Below, piece after piece: positions 9,312 to 17,321 of a stretch of DNA of 64,000 nt (its first letter is position 1; every line of letters starts with the position of its first letter). A program made the translations under genes and the position numbers. The DNA comes from Thermoproteota archaeon (GTDB taxonomy: Archaea > Korarchaeota > Korarchaeia > Korarchaeales > Korarchaeaceae), in contig JAOZFG010000004.1 in the NCBI GenBank assembly GCA_027491435.1, positions 192,001 to 256,000 on the forward strand. Direction: 5' to 3'. The notes under the pieces were generated by a model. That model did not search any database, had not been told where the DNA came from, and worked only from the letters and a program-made list of their open reading frames with translations.

Positions 9312-10581
9312 CCTCCCTGACAACCTTCCCTACTAGGTAGTTGCCCTTCACCTCCTCTATTTTGACAATGTAGGGCCTTCCTAGGTCCACCTTCCCCTTC
9401 AGAGCAACTGGTTTGTAGTTCTGAGTCCTGCCCTGGAATCCCTTAGGCCCCTTTTCGGTGACCACTGCCAAGACCTCCTCCCCCAAATACCTCCTATTCC
9501 TCTTCAGTTTAATCTCGTTAACCAGCTCCATGAGGATTTTAGCTCTCTCTTTTTTAACCCTCTCAGGAAGCTGCTCCATCTTAGAGGCTGGAGTTTTGGG
9601 CCTAGCACCGAATTTACTTATGTTGACTACGTCAGGCTCACTCAGCCTTATTACCTCCAAGGTCCTCTGGAAGTCTTCCTCAGTCTCTGTAGGAAAGCCA
9701 ACTATGACGTCCGTGGAGATCGTAGCCTCAGGGTTCCACGACCTTATTTCCTTGACCAGGTTTAAGAAGTCCTCGGAGGTGTACTTCCTCCCCATAATCT
9801 TGAGTACCCTGTTGGAACCGCTCTGAACTGGTAAATGGAAGAAATCATACACCTTATCGCTCTCATAAGACCGTAAGAGCTCGTGTAGGATTTGTAATGC
9901 CGAGTCGGGAGTCATCATTCCGACCCTAACTCTGAAGTCCCCTGGAATCTTGGAGATCTGGCCGAGTAAGTCGGCCAGGTTAGTCCCCATATCCCAGCCG
10001 TAGACCCCTGTGTCCTGGGCCGTTAGCCATATCTCCACCTTACCTTGGCCAACTAGCTCCTTGACAGCCCTGATTACGCTATCAAGGGGAAAGCTCCTTA
10101 GCCTTCCCCTGGCCAGCCTAGTTATGCAATAAGTGCAGGTTCCCAGGCATCCCTCAGCTATGGGGACTATGCCTATGACGTCCGAAACTTCGGACTGAGC
10201 CGGCTTTGCCTTGTCCACGTACTCATCCCTTAGAAACTCTGCAGTTCCCCCACTCAGAACCATCTGGACAGCATCTACTATCCTGTTCACTGCCCTGGGA
10301 GCTACCAAGGCTCTAGAGAAGGGCCTCAGCCTCTCGGGTTGGGACTTGGCCATGCACCCGGCAGCTATCAAGGGGGCCTTCTCGGATAGGTACCTGGCCC
10401 TATTTATCATCTTGTGCTCGGTGGGCGTTTTCACGTTGCAAGTATTCAGTATTATGACGTCAGCCTCCTCAGGGCTGTTCACCCTTGATAGGCCGGCCTC
10501 CTCCAACAGCTTTATCATTATGAAAGAATCAGCCCTGTTCATCGAGCAGCCGTAAGTCTCTATATAAAACTTGGTCCTTAT
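9256..10581 (-). CDS. mtaB: tRNA t6A37 methylthiotransferase (MiaB-like/MtaB); proposed ATA start
   Basis: IETYGCSMN (upstream of the called ATG), LNTCNV, AGC, radical SAM CLGTCTYC, HLPVQSGS, C-terminal TRAM. Confidence 0.88.
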   Translation of the reverse strand: MRTKFYIETYGCSMNRADSFIMIKLLEEAGLSRVNSPEEADVIILNTCNVKTPTEHKMINRARYLSEKAPLIAAGCMAKSQPERLRPFSRALVAPRAVNRIVDAVQMVLSGGTAEFLRDEYVDKAKPAQSEVSDVIGIVPIAEGCLGTCTYCITRLARGRLRSFPLDSVIRAVKELVGQGKVEIWLTAQDTGVYGWDMGTNLADLLGQISKIPGDFRVRVGMMTPDSALQILHELLRSYESDKVYDFFHLPVQSGSNRVLKIMGRKYTSEDFLNLVKEIRSWNPEATISTDVIVGFPTETEEDFQRTLEVIRLSEPDVVNISKFGARPKTPASKMEQLPERVKKERAKILMELVNEIKLKRNRRYLGEEVLAVVTEKGPKGFQGRTQNYKPVALKGKVDLGRPYIVKIEEVKGNYLVGKVVREVTWSQVRSSLQLRSVYQV

Positions 10582-10910
10582 CCTTTCTCCTCCCTCTTAT
10601 AGGAGTGAACAGTGACTCCGTCCAAGCTGGCCACGTTACCTCCGTAGTACCTGATCACCTTGACTATCTCGTCGTAATCAAGCCCCTCTCCCTCTATGAC
10701 AAGCCTCAACCTCTCTATGTTAGAGTCGTAGTCCTTAACCTCTATGTCAACCCTCGTGACGTTCTTGAGCTCGGACAACCCCTCCGCTATGTCAACTATC
10801 GAGGGGTTGTGGGGCTTCACGACGTCCAAGACCAACCTCTTAACGACGACCCTTTTTTCCTCATCGTCCTCAGAAGACGGGGCTTTGAATCCCAGCAACT
10901 CTTCTATCAT
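10578..10910 (-). CDS. DUF211 family protein
   Basis: RLVLDVVKPH.P...IEGEGLDY...GG.V.S.D signature. Confidence 0.8.
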   Translation of the reverse strand: MIEELLGFKAPSSEDDEEKRVVVKRLVLDVVKPHNPSIVDIAEGLSELKNVTRVDIEVKDYDSNIERLRLVIEGEGLDYDEIVKVIRYYGGNVASLDGVTVHSYKREEKG

Positions 10911-10948
10911 CCCCCCGTCTCCCTGGAGGGGAGAGCTTAATTAATTTT

Positions 10949-11290
10949 TCACCTCGTCGATTTCCTCAACTCCATGAAGAGTCGGGCTATTATCTTATTT
11001 ACGGTCCTTCGGTTCCCTCCTTTAAGCCTGATGACCTTAACCCTGCTTTCGTATCCTTCCGGTACTTCAAAGTCCTTGGAGAATGTGGCTATTATCTTTA
11101 TTCCCCTCTTCAGGCAGTAGTCCAGTATCTCCTCCTTGCGCCTGTTCCTACCCCTTACTGCACTCCTGGGTTGCCAGACAGCCCCATAACCTAGCATGTT
11201 TAACCTCCTCTGCACGCTGAAGTATAGGTCCCTAGGTACCGTCCTATCGAAGAAGAAAGGCGTCTTATACCTGGGCCTCCTCTTGGGCAT
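10949..11290 (-). CDS. Basic PIN-like (DUF5615/Mut7-C-like) hypothetical protein
   Basis: FFFDRTV...LGY...EEIL...IIATFSKDF pattern with degenerate acidic residues. Confidence 0.5.
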   Translation of the reverse strand: MPKRRPRYKTPFFFDRTVPRDLYFSVQRRLNMLGYGAVWQPRSAVRGRNRRKEEILDYCLKRGIKIIATFSKDFEVPEGYESRVKVIRLKGGNRRTVNKIIARLFMELRKSTR

Positions 11291-12080
11291 CTCTAAGTAA
11301 CTTCTTGACCCTTACTCTTTTTAACCCCAGCTCGTCAAGGGCATCTTCTATTCTGCGCCTGTCATCGCCTCTTAATCCTTTAGCGTCCACTATTGCCAAA
11401 GAGGGCTTCTCCCCATTCCTATCGATGGCCATCTCTATCATAACCTTGTCTACGTGACCGGCGTCGTGCTTACGAGCCGCATGCCCTATCGCTATGTCAG
11501 TCATAAGCTCCACCTTGGTGAAGTGATCGTTCACATGGGGCCCGCCGAAGGCTATTGCTGCCCTGTATTTGTAGGGATTCCAAGACTCTAAAGCCTTTAT
11601 AACTGCTTTAGCCGCGACCTTTATGGCCTTAGCGTCATTCCACGCCCTCTCATCACATCCTATTTCCAAGAAGGCCATAGGAACGTCCAAAGTCGGGCCA
11701 TGATGTGTGGGCTCGAAGCCCACCTCGTAACCTATCTTCTCGGCCCCTTCCTTCACTGAGAGGAGATATTCCTTCATGAGCGAGGGAATCGCCACTCCAA
11801 GCTTGTAGGGCTCGCCCCCGTACCTAGCTGGACCGAAGTTCCCGGGAACGTGAGCTGTAAATATGGGCCTTCCGGGAGTCCCGCTGTGCCTTGAAAGGAC
11901 GACTAAATAGTCGAACCCAGTGAACTCATCGCCCTTCATGTACAGGACCTCCCTCTCGAAGGAAATGAGTTCGTACTTCCTACCAGACAGCGAGAATTGT
12001 TCGCCCATCACGGACTTTATCTCCCTCGCCATGTTGACTCCTGCAACGTCTCTCAACGAGTATAGCAGACCCACTTTCAT
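11265..12080 (-). CDS. dtdA: D-aminoacyl-tRNA deacylase (archaeal DTD2)
   Basis: SRH, TAHVPGN, E.THHGPT, FLEIG and FGG.H motifs. Confidence 0.92.
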   Translation of the reverse strand: MKVGLLYSLRDVAGVNMAREIKSVMGEQFSLSGRKYELISFEREVLYMKGDEFTGFDYLVVLSRHSGTPGRPIFTAHVPGNFGPARYGGEPYKLGVAIPSLMKEYLLSVKEGAEKIGYEVGFEPTHHGPTLDVPMAFLEIGCDERAWNDAKAIKVAAKAVIKALESWNPYKYRAAIAFGGPHVNDHFTKVELMTDIAIGHAARKHDAGHVDKVMIEMAIDRNGEKPSLAIVDAKGLRGDDRRRIEDALDELGLKRVRVKKLLRDAQEEAQV

Positions 12081-12132
12081 AAACTGGTATACTGGCGACT
12101 CTTTTTTAAAGGCGAGCCATCAAACTAGCTAG

Positions 12133-12693
12133 ATGGACTTACACAGGGCGATAGCACTCACCATATCCCCCATTACAGTGGCAGCCATAACGTCGGCGAC
12201 CCTACTTAAAGGAGTAGACTTGCTGGTGGCCATGATACTGCTGGTTTTGCTACCTCCAGCTCCAATAGTACTTAAGTCGGTTAGGGATGAGGAAGGATTC
12301 GATCTGCTCGTGCCCGATAGGTTCATGAGGGGGAAGTTCTTCCTTTTCGCCCTGATCAGCTATTTCCTGGCCACTGCCTACTTTTACCTCAGAAGGGTGA
12401 CCCTGGGGACCATGCTATCCCTTTCCTACCTCTTAGTCACGGCCTCCATGTACCTGTTTAACAAGAGGCTCACTAAGGTGAGCGTTCACGCGGCTGGAAT
12501 AGTGGGTCCTTCGACCCTGCTCACCTGCGTCGGCAAGTTAGAAGTAGCGGCGGCCCTATGGGCCTTAACCCCTGTGGTGCTCTGGTCTAGGTGGAAGTCC
12601 AAATCGCACAGCATGGGTCAGCTGGCCTTAGGGGTGACTCTGGCCGTAGCCCTGACCCTGCTCGTCTACTGGACTTTCCTCCCAGTATTTTAG
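12133..12693 (+). CDS. PAP2-like membrane protein
   Basis: About 6 TM segments; KVSVHAAG and SRWKSKSHSMGQL resemble PAP2 motifs 2 and 3. Confidence 0.6.
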   Translation: MDLHRAIALTISPITVAAITSATLLKGVDLLVAMILLVLLPPAPIVLKSVRDEEGFDLLVPDRFMRGKFFLFALISYFLATAYFYLRRVTLGTMLSLSYLLVTASMYLFNKRLTKVSVHAAGIVGPSTLLTCVGKLEVAAALWALTPVVLWSRWKSKSHSMGQLALGVTLAVALTLLVYWTFLPVF

Positions 12694-13449
12694 AAACAGG
12701 TCCTTAGACACTCTGTAGTAGATGTACTCGCTCACATGGGGCTCTAAGGTGACGGTGCCCTTGTATCCAACGTCCCTTATCCTTCCTATTACCTCATGCC
12801 ACGGTATCTTGCCGGCGCCAACGGGTAAGTGGAGGTCCCTCCTCATGTCATTATCATGGACGTGTATGTGGAGGATCCTGTTTGCGAGGCGCAAGTAGGA
12901 CTTGAACTTGTCTAACCCCCCGTTAATGAACGAATGGGCGACGTCAAATGTCATCCCTAAGTCAGGGATGTTATCCAGCAAGTACCTTATGTCAGATGGT
13001 GAGGAGAAGGCGCCGTGATCGACGTTCTCCACTAAGGGTAGTGAGCTATAGTTCTTGCTCAAGACCACTATCTCTCTAAAACCCTTCAAGTTGTACTCGC
13101 GAGCCTTATCCCTAACCGCGGCCAGCCAACCTGGAGTAAACGGGTGAAATGTTACGTAGGGGGACTCTATCCTGTCAGCAACTCTGAGGATCTCCTCTGC
13201 CACCTTCAAGGCCCCCCTCCTCACGTGCTCGTAGGGATGGCCTATCTCCAGGTACCAGGGCGCGTGTACTAGGAAGAAGGCGCCGGTGGAAGAGACGTCA
13301 GACAACCACCTCATCATTGATTCGTCTACTGTTCCCTTGGGCCATTCAACTGTTATCTCAACGTATTCAAATCCCAAGGACAATATAGATTCCACCTCGT
13401 CCTTAAGAGGGAGGTGCGGGTTGTTCATCACGCCGAACATTAAGTCCAT
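12628..13449 (-). CDS. Sugar phosphate isomerase/epimerase (xylose isomerase-like TIM barrel)
   Basis: VHAP, TFHP, VEN, FDVAH, HIHVHD, HLPVGAG and TLE metal ligands. Confidence 0.88.
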   Translation of the reverse strand: MDLMFGVMNNPHLPLKDEVESILSLGFEYVEITVEWPKGTVDESMMRWLSDVSSTGAFFLVHAPWYLEIGHPYEHVRRGALKVAEEILRVADRIESPYVTFHPFTPGWLAAVRDKAREYNLKGFREIVVLSKNYSSLPLVENVDHGAFSSPSDIRYLLDNIPDLGMTFDVAHSFINGGLDKFKSYLRLANRILHIHVHDNDMRRDLHLPVGAGKIPWHEVIGRIRDVGYKGTVTLEPHVSEYIYYRVSKDLFLKYWEESPVDEQGQGYGQSHP

Positions 13450-13480
13450 CTAGCTCCCCCTAATTTGAGTAAATCCCGGT

Positions 13481-13575
13481 AGGGGTCATAACCCTGACCT
13501 AGTAAAAACGTAGCTGACCTCCTCAGCAGGTGAGACGTGACCTCTAATACGGGGCCCCGACAAGAGGGGTCATAA
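13481..13575. repeat. Cluster of GGTCA/TGACC motifs, including an 11-bp direct repeat AGGGGTCATAA, in a divergent intergenic region
   Basis: AGGGGTCATAA at 13481 and 13565; TGACCT at 13495, 13515 and 13538. Confidence 0.55.
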
Positions 13576-13604
13576 TTTTAACTGAAGGACGACGACTAAC
13601 CCAG

Positions 13605-14813
13605 ATGAACTTATACGAAGCTGTGCTGGCTAGCGTGTTAGAGTGGTTCCCAGTACAGCCTACAGGCTCCGGACACTTAGCTGGTTTAGCTGGTTTACTC
13701 TTACTGAAGGAAAGGAGGATCTCAAAGGGAAGCGCGATCACTGGGCTGATTACATCAGCGGTTCTAGCTGTGATGGTAGGTTGGTGGGCCAATTACGAGG
13801 ACGAAGTTATAGGAGGCCTTCTAGGGGTGGGACTGTCTGTTATAGGCCTATTCGCCCTATTCTTCCTAAAGTTAAACCTTCTCGCTGTTGAAGAGGGCAG
13901 ATCCCCTGACGTGATGGACGCCTTCGTCTCCGGCTTTGCCCAAGGGATTAGCACGATAGGTTTCGGTGGAACGGGCCTCTCCATAGCCCTGCTGACCTCT
14001 TCAGGGGTGAACTTCAAAGACGCCGTGCTGCTCTCCTCAATAACATCGATTCCAGTGGCTCTAGTAACCATTAGACTCACTCCCGCGTCGCTAGCCCAAT
14101 TAGCTTTAGGAGCCCTGATATCGCTGTCTCTTCACAAAATCGACGTCAAAGCAACTAAAGTAGGCCTGATGTACGACCTAATGATTTTAATGAACCTGAA
14201 CCAGGTGTGGAAAGTTCAGGAGAGGATGGAGTTCTATCAGCAGGTAGAAGAGGAGATAGTCGGCTGGGTTAAGAAGTACGGGGGCGCAGGAGTCTTCATG
14301 GCTATGGTAGCACAATCAGTAATTTCCCCTATACCTGCTGACGCCGTCTTAGTGGCCGCTGGAGCTCTTGGACTTTCTCCTATAGAAGTTGGGATATACG
14401 GTGGGCTGGGAATAGTGATTGGTTCGATGGTGAATTACGGCATAGGTAGGATGTTCGGGAAGAGGTTACTGGACTCTTACTTCAAGGAGGAGTTCTTAGA
14501 GGAAGTCCACAAGTGGTTTGACAAGTGGGGGGGCTGGATAGTCTTCTTTTCGAGGCTAATACCTTTTCTTCCAATAGATATAATCTCTTACGTGGCGGGC
14601 GCAACCTACATGAACCCGCTTGTGTTCTTCATGTCCAACTTGCTGGCCGTGGTGCCTAGAGCCATGTTCTTCGGGTACGTCGGCGAGATGCTTATGAAGG
14701 GCAGGTGGGAAATGCTAATAGCGGCCCTGGCCTTAATAGTTGGAGGGGCCCTAATAGGCTACAAGGTGCAGAGAAGGAGAAGGTCTAAGGGGCCCGTAGC
14801 TCAGCAAGGATAG
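13605..14813 (+). CDS. UppP/BacA-like domain fused to DedA/VTT (SNARE-associated) domain
   Basis: N-half LEWFPV...GSGHL and GFAQGI...G....A...S...SIP (UppP-like); C-half PIPAD..L.AAG, NY.IGR..G, RLIPFLP.D..SY.AG (DedA/TVP38). Confidence 0.72.
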   Translation: MNLYEAVLASVLEWFPVQPTGSGHLAGLAGLLLLKERRISKGSAITGLITSAVLAVMVGWWANYEDEVIGGLLGVGLSVIGLFALFFLKLNLLAVEEGRSPDVMDAFVSGFAQGISTIGFGGTGLSIALLTSSGVNFKDAVLLSSITSIPVALVTIRLTPASLAQLALGALISLSLHKIDVKATKVGLMYDLMILMNLNQVWKVQERMEFYQQVEEEIVGWVKKYGGAGVFMAMVAQSVISPIPADAVLVAAGALGLSPIEVGIYGGLGIVIGSMVNYGIGRMFGKRLLDSYFKEEFLEEVHKWFDKWGGWIVFFSRLIPFLPIDIISYVAGATYMNPLVFFMSNLLAVVPRAMFFGYVGEMLMKGRWEMLIAALALIVGGALIGYKVQRRRRSKGPVAQQG

Positions 14814-14864
14814 AGCGGCGGCCTTCGGAGCCGCAGGTCGGGGGTTCAAGTCCCCCCGGGCCCG
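14790..14864 (+). tRNA. tRNA-Arg (anticodon TCG), intron-less, CCA not encoded
   Basis: Acceptor stem GGGCCCG/CGGGCCC; D arm TAGCTCAG..GGATAGAGC; anticodon arm GCGGC-CTTCGGA-GCCGC; T arm GGGGG-TTCAAGT-CCCCC. Confidence 0.96.
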
Positions 14865-14869
14865 TTTTT
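14865..14869 (+). terminator. T-tract after tRNA
   Basis: TTTTT immediately after the discriminator base. Confidence 0.5.
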
Positions 14870-14969
14870 GCTCCAACCCTTAGCTGGACCCGCTATTTTA
14901 AGAGCTGACGGGCGCGGGCCTTCCTAAATTCAGTTTACTATACAACGAATATAATGTAAAAGGAATACA

Positions 14970-14990
14970 TTAAAAAACAAAATATAAAAA
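14970..14990 (-). terminator. T-rich terminator of the histone gene
   Basis: Minus-strand TTTTTATATTTTGTTTTTT about 25 nt after the stop. Confidence 0.5.
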
Positions 14991-15012
14991 CTAGGGGGAG
15001 GCCGGCTGACCT

Positions 15013-15243
15013 TTACTTCTTCCAGATAGCCTCGACGGCAAGCTCTATATCCCTGTCGGTTACGGTCTTCCTTTTGGCATGCCTAGCAAGGTCAACAGCA
15101 TACTTGCTGACCTCATGGGCGAACTTCTCAAGGTAGTAGGCCAGTCTGGCCTTGGCCTCATCGCTAACCCTCTCGGCACCGGCCTCCTTAATTATCCTAT
15201 ATATGGGAGCTAGGGGTAGGTGCTTGGTCGGCCGCTGGGGCAT
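15013..15243 (-). CDS. Archaeal histone (HMf family)
   Basis: LPLAPIYRIIKEAGAERVS...ARHAKRKTV..RDI.LA; SD GAGGTGA before ATG 15243. Confidence 0.95.
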   Translation of the reverse strand: MPQRPTKHLPLAPIYRIIKEAGAERVSDEAKARLAYYLEKFAHEVSKYAVDLARHAKRKTVTDRDIELAVEAIWKK

Positions 15244-15894
15244 ACGTCTCACCTCTTAACAAACCCTACTATAGGGCTACGTATTCTCGTGGATGGATAA
15301 ATATAAGTATTTCCCATGAGGGTGCATCTCCACCTCCATAAAATCGGGTGAAACAGTTTCAACCAGCATCATGATGGGATCAGGTGAAATTATGGGAATT
15401 AAGGGGTCAAATCACCTGAGAGCTAGTATCATATATATCATCAATTATACCAAGAATTACAATCTAAAATAATATTATCCCAATTTAGTAACTATTATTT
15501 TTGTTAATAGTTATTGTTTACCTAATTATGTTGATAAGCTCTCTCAATCATTGGATGATCGGTAGAGTCGCCATATGCCGCTATTTCATAGTTATATAAG
15601 TAGTTGGATGTATGATCATCGAGCATTTGATTCAGGAAGCTTCATAAAGGATATGGCCTACATATGACAGTCACATGGTTAATGGAGCCTCTAATGACGA
15701 TTATCAAAAAATATAATAATATTGGAAAATTTAATTAATTATATAAAATTAAAATGTTGACAGATGGACTCTAATTGGTCAATAAACTCCCGCAGGATCT
15801 AATTATGTTCCAAGCCGAACGGAGATGCCAGAGCCACCACATGTCGGAACGGCACCAATAAATAGGGCCGTGTGGCCATGGAAGTGGGGATCAA

Positions 15895-16578
15895 ATGGAG
15901 AGTAAGGTGGCCATTCTCTGCTCAACTGATTTCTTTTGGGGGACTGAGCCGGTCGATTTGATAAATTTTCTAAGAAAAAGCGGGTGTGATGGCATAATTT
16001 TGTCAACAGAACCTCCTCACTATTTCCCGCCTAACATGAACAAGGCAACCCTTTTAGAGCTGAGGGCCCTCCTTAAGAGGTTTGAGGGGATAGTGACCGT
16101 TAGAGCTCCCACAACAGATGTTAACATGTTTTCGAAAAATCCTTATGTGGCAAAAGCATCTCTCCAGTCCATACTTGAGGGAATTAACCTGGCAGCCAAG
16201 CTGGACCCTGACTTCGTTATAGTGAGGCCGAGTTACAGGCCTGTGGAGATGTCCCCTTACAACACCCACAAACTCAAGTCGCTGATCCAGAGGATCCCCC
16301 GTAGCATGTATGTGGCTTTTGAACTGTTCAACTCGCCAGAAGACCTCTCAATATTTGATGAGAGGACTGCATTAATTTCAGTGGCCGGGTACAGACCCGC
16401 TAGGCGGAGGGTCGTGGGAGTGGCCTACGAAGTTGAGGGTCCAGAGGAGATGAGGCTGATCCCCGGAATAACGTCCTTGAAGTACATGCTCCTTTACCCG
16501 AAGAGGAGGTTAATGGACCCAGATTTCCTGAAAAAAATAGTTGTTAGGGCGAGGGAGCTGAGGGAGAGGATCATTTAG
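15895..16578 (+). CDS. Degenerate xylose-isomerase-like TIM-barrel protein
   Basis: TVRAPTTDVN.FS.NP.V..AS and VIVRP align with HAP/HP motifs but carry Arg. Confidence 0.6.
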   Translation: MESKVAILCSTDFFWGTEPVDLINFLRKSGCDGIILSTEPPHYFPPNMNKATLLELRALLKRFEGIVTVRAPTTDVNMFSKNPYVAKASLQSILEGINLAAKLDPDFVIVRPSYRPVEMSPYNTHKLKSLIQRIPRSMYVAFELFNSPEDLSIFDERTALISVAGYRPARRRVVGVAYEVEGPEEMRLIPGITSLKYMLLYPKRRLMDPDFLKKIVVRARELRERII

Positions 16579-17321
16579 AGGTAAACCTCCTGCCTCTCCC
16601 ATCCCTCCAAAATTCTCTCAATCTCCTCCTTGATTAGGCCGATCAACCTGTTTGCATACTCCTCAGCTTTTTCAGGTGAAGGCACGAAAACCCTAGTGTT
16701 CGGTTCGTAGGTTAGTATGGAGCCAGGAGCCGGCATGACGGATACTCCTTTGCTGTACTGGTAGACCTCTCCCTCGTCCACATTCCCCTTAACCAGCCTG
16801 TGGTCTACAGCCATTATCATGGCCGTCTCGTCAGTGCCAGCGTGGCCTCCAGGGGTACCAAAAACCTCCTTAGCCACTTCAGAGCCCAGCTCCCACCAAT
16901 TGATTACGGCGCTCCTAACCCCGTGTTCCAACCAAGCTCTCTTCATGGCCGATTTTATGGCCTCCATGTGCCCTCCTCCGCCATGTCCGTTTATTATTAT
17001 CACCTTCTCAAGCCCATTAGCGTGGAGCTCAACTAGGGCGTCGTAAATCAACGATTCGAAGGTCTCCTTCCTAAGAGTTAGGGACCCCCAGTAGCCGCTG
17101 AGGGAGCTGACAACCCCGTACCTTATTGGAGGCGCTATAAGGGCGTTCAGGTCCTCAGCTATTCGCTCAGCGATCCACTCAGGTATTAGGAAGTCGGTGC
17201 CCAGGGGCAAGTGATTTCCATGGGCCTCATTTACTCCTACGGGGAGTAGAGCCACATCAGTGTCCTCCAAAGCCTCCCTGAATTCAGGCCAGCTCAAGAG
17301 CCACATCCTCCTCTCCATCAC
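16575..17321 (-). CDS. Creatininase/creatinine amidohydrolase family protein
   Basis: PVG..EAHG.HLPLGTD, INGHGG and GHAG..ET motifs. Confidence 0.9.
   Translation of the reverse strand: MMERRMWLLSWPEFREALEDTDVALLPVGVNEAHGNHLPLGTDFLIPEWIAERIAEDLNALIAPPIRYGVVSSLSGYWGSLTLRKETFESLIYDALVELHANGLEKVIIINGHGGGGHMEAIKSAMKRAWLEHGVRSAVINWWELGSEVAKEVFGTPGGHAGTDETAMIMAVDHRLVKGNVDEGEVYQYSKGVSVMPAPGSILTYEPNTRVFVPSPEKAEEYANRLIGLIKEEIERILEGWERQEVYL

Noticed and set aside
15371-15419. Possible C/D-box sRNA (ATGATGG...CTGA)
   Set aside because: Imperfect C box, no convincing C'/D' boxes, and AT-rich guide regions.
15253-15894. Firm call as replication origin
   Set aside because: No clear repeated ORB boxes and no adjacent cdc6/orc1; kept only as an unexplained region.
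14790-15900. tRNA as integration site of a mobile element
   Set aside because: No integrase and no duplicated tRNA 3' end seen; flanking genes look like core genes.
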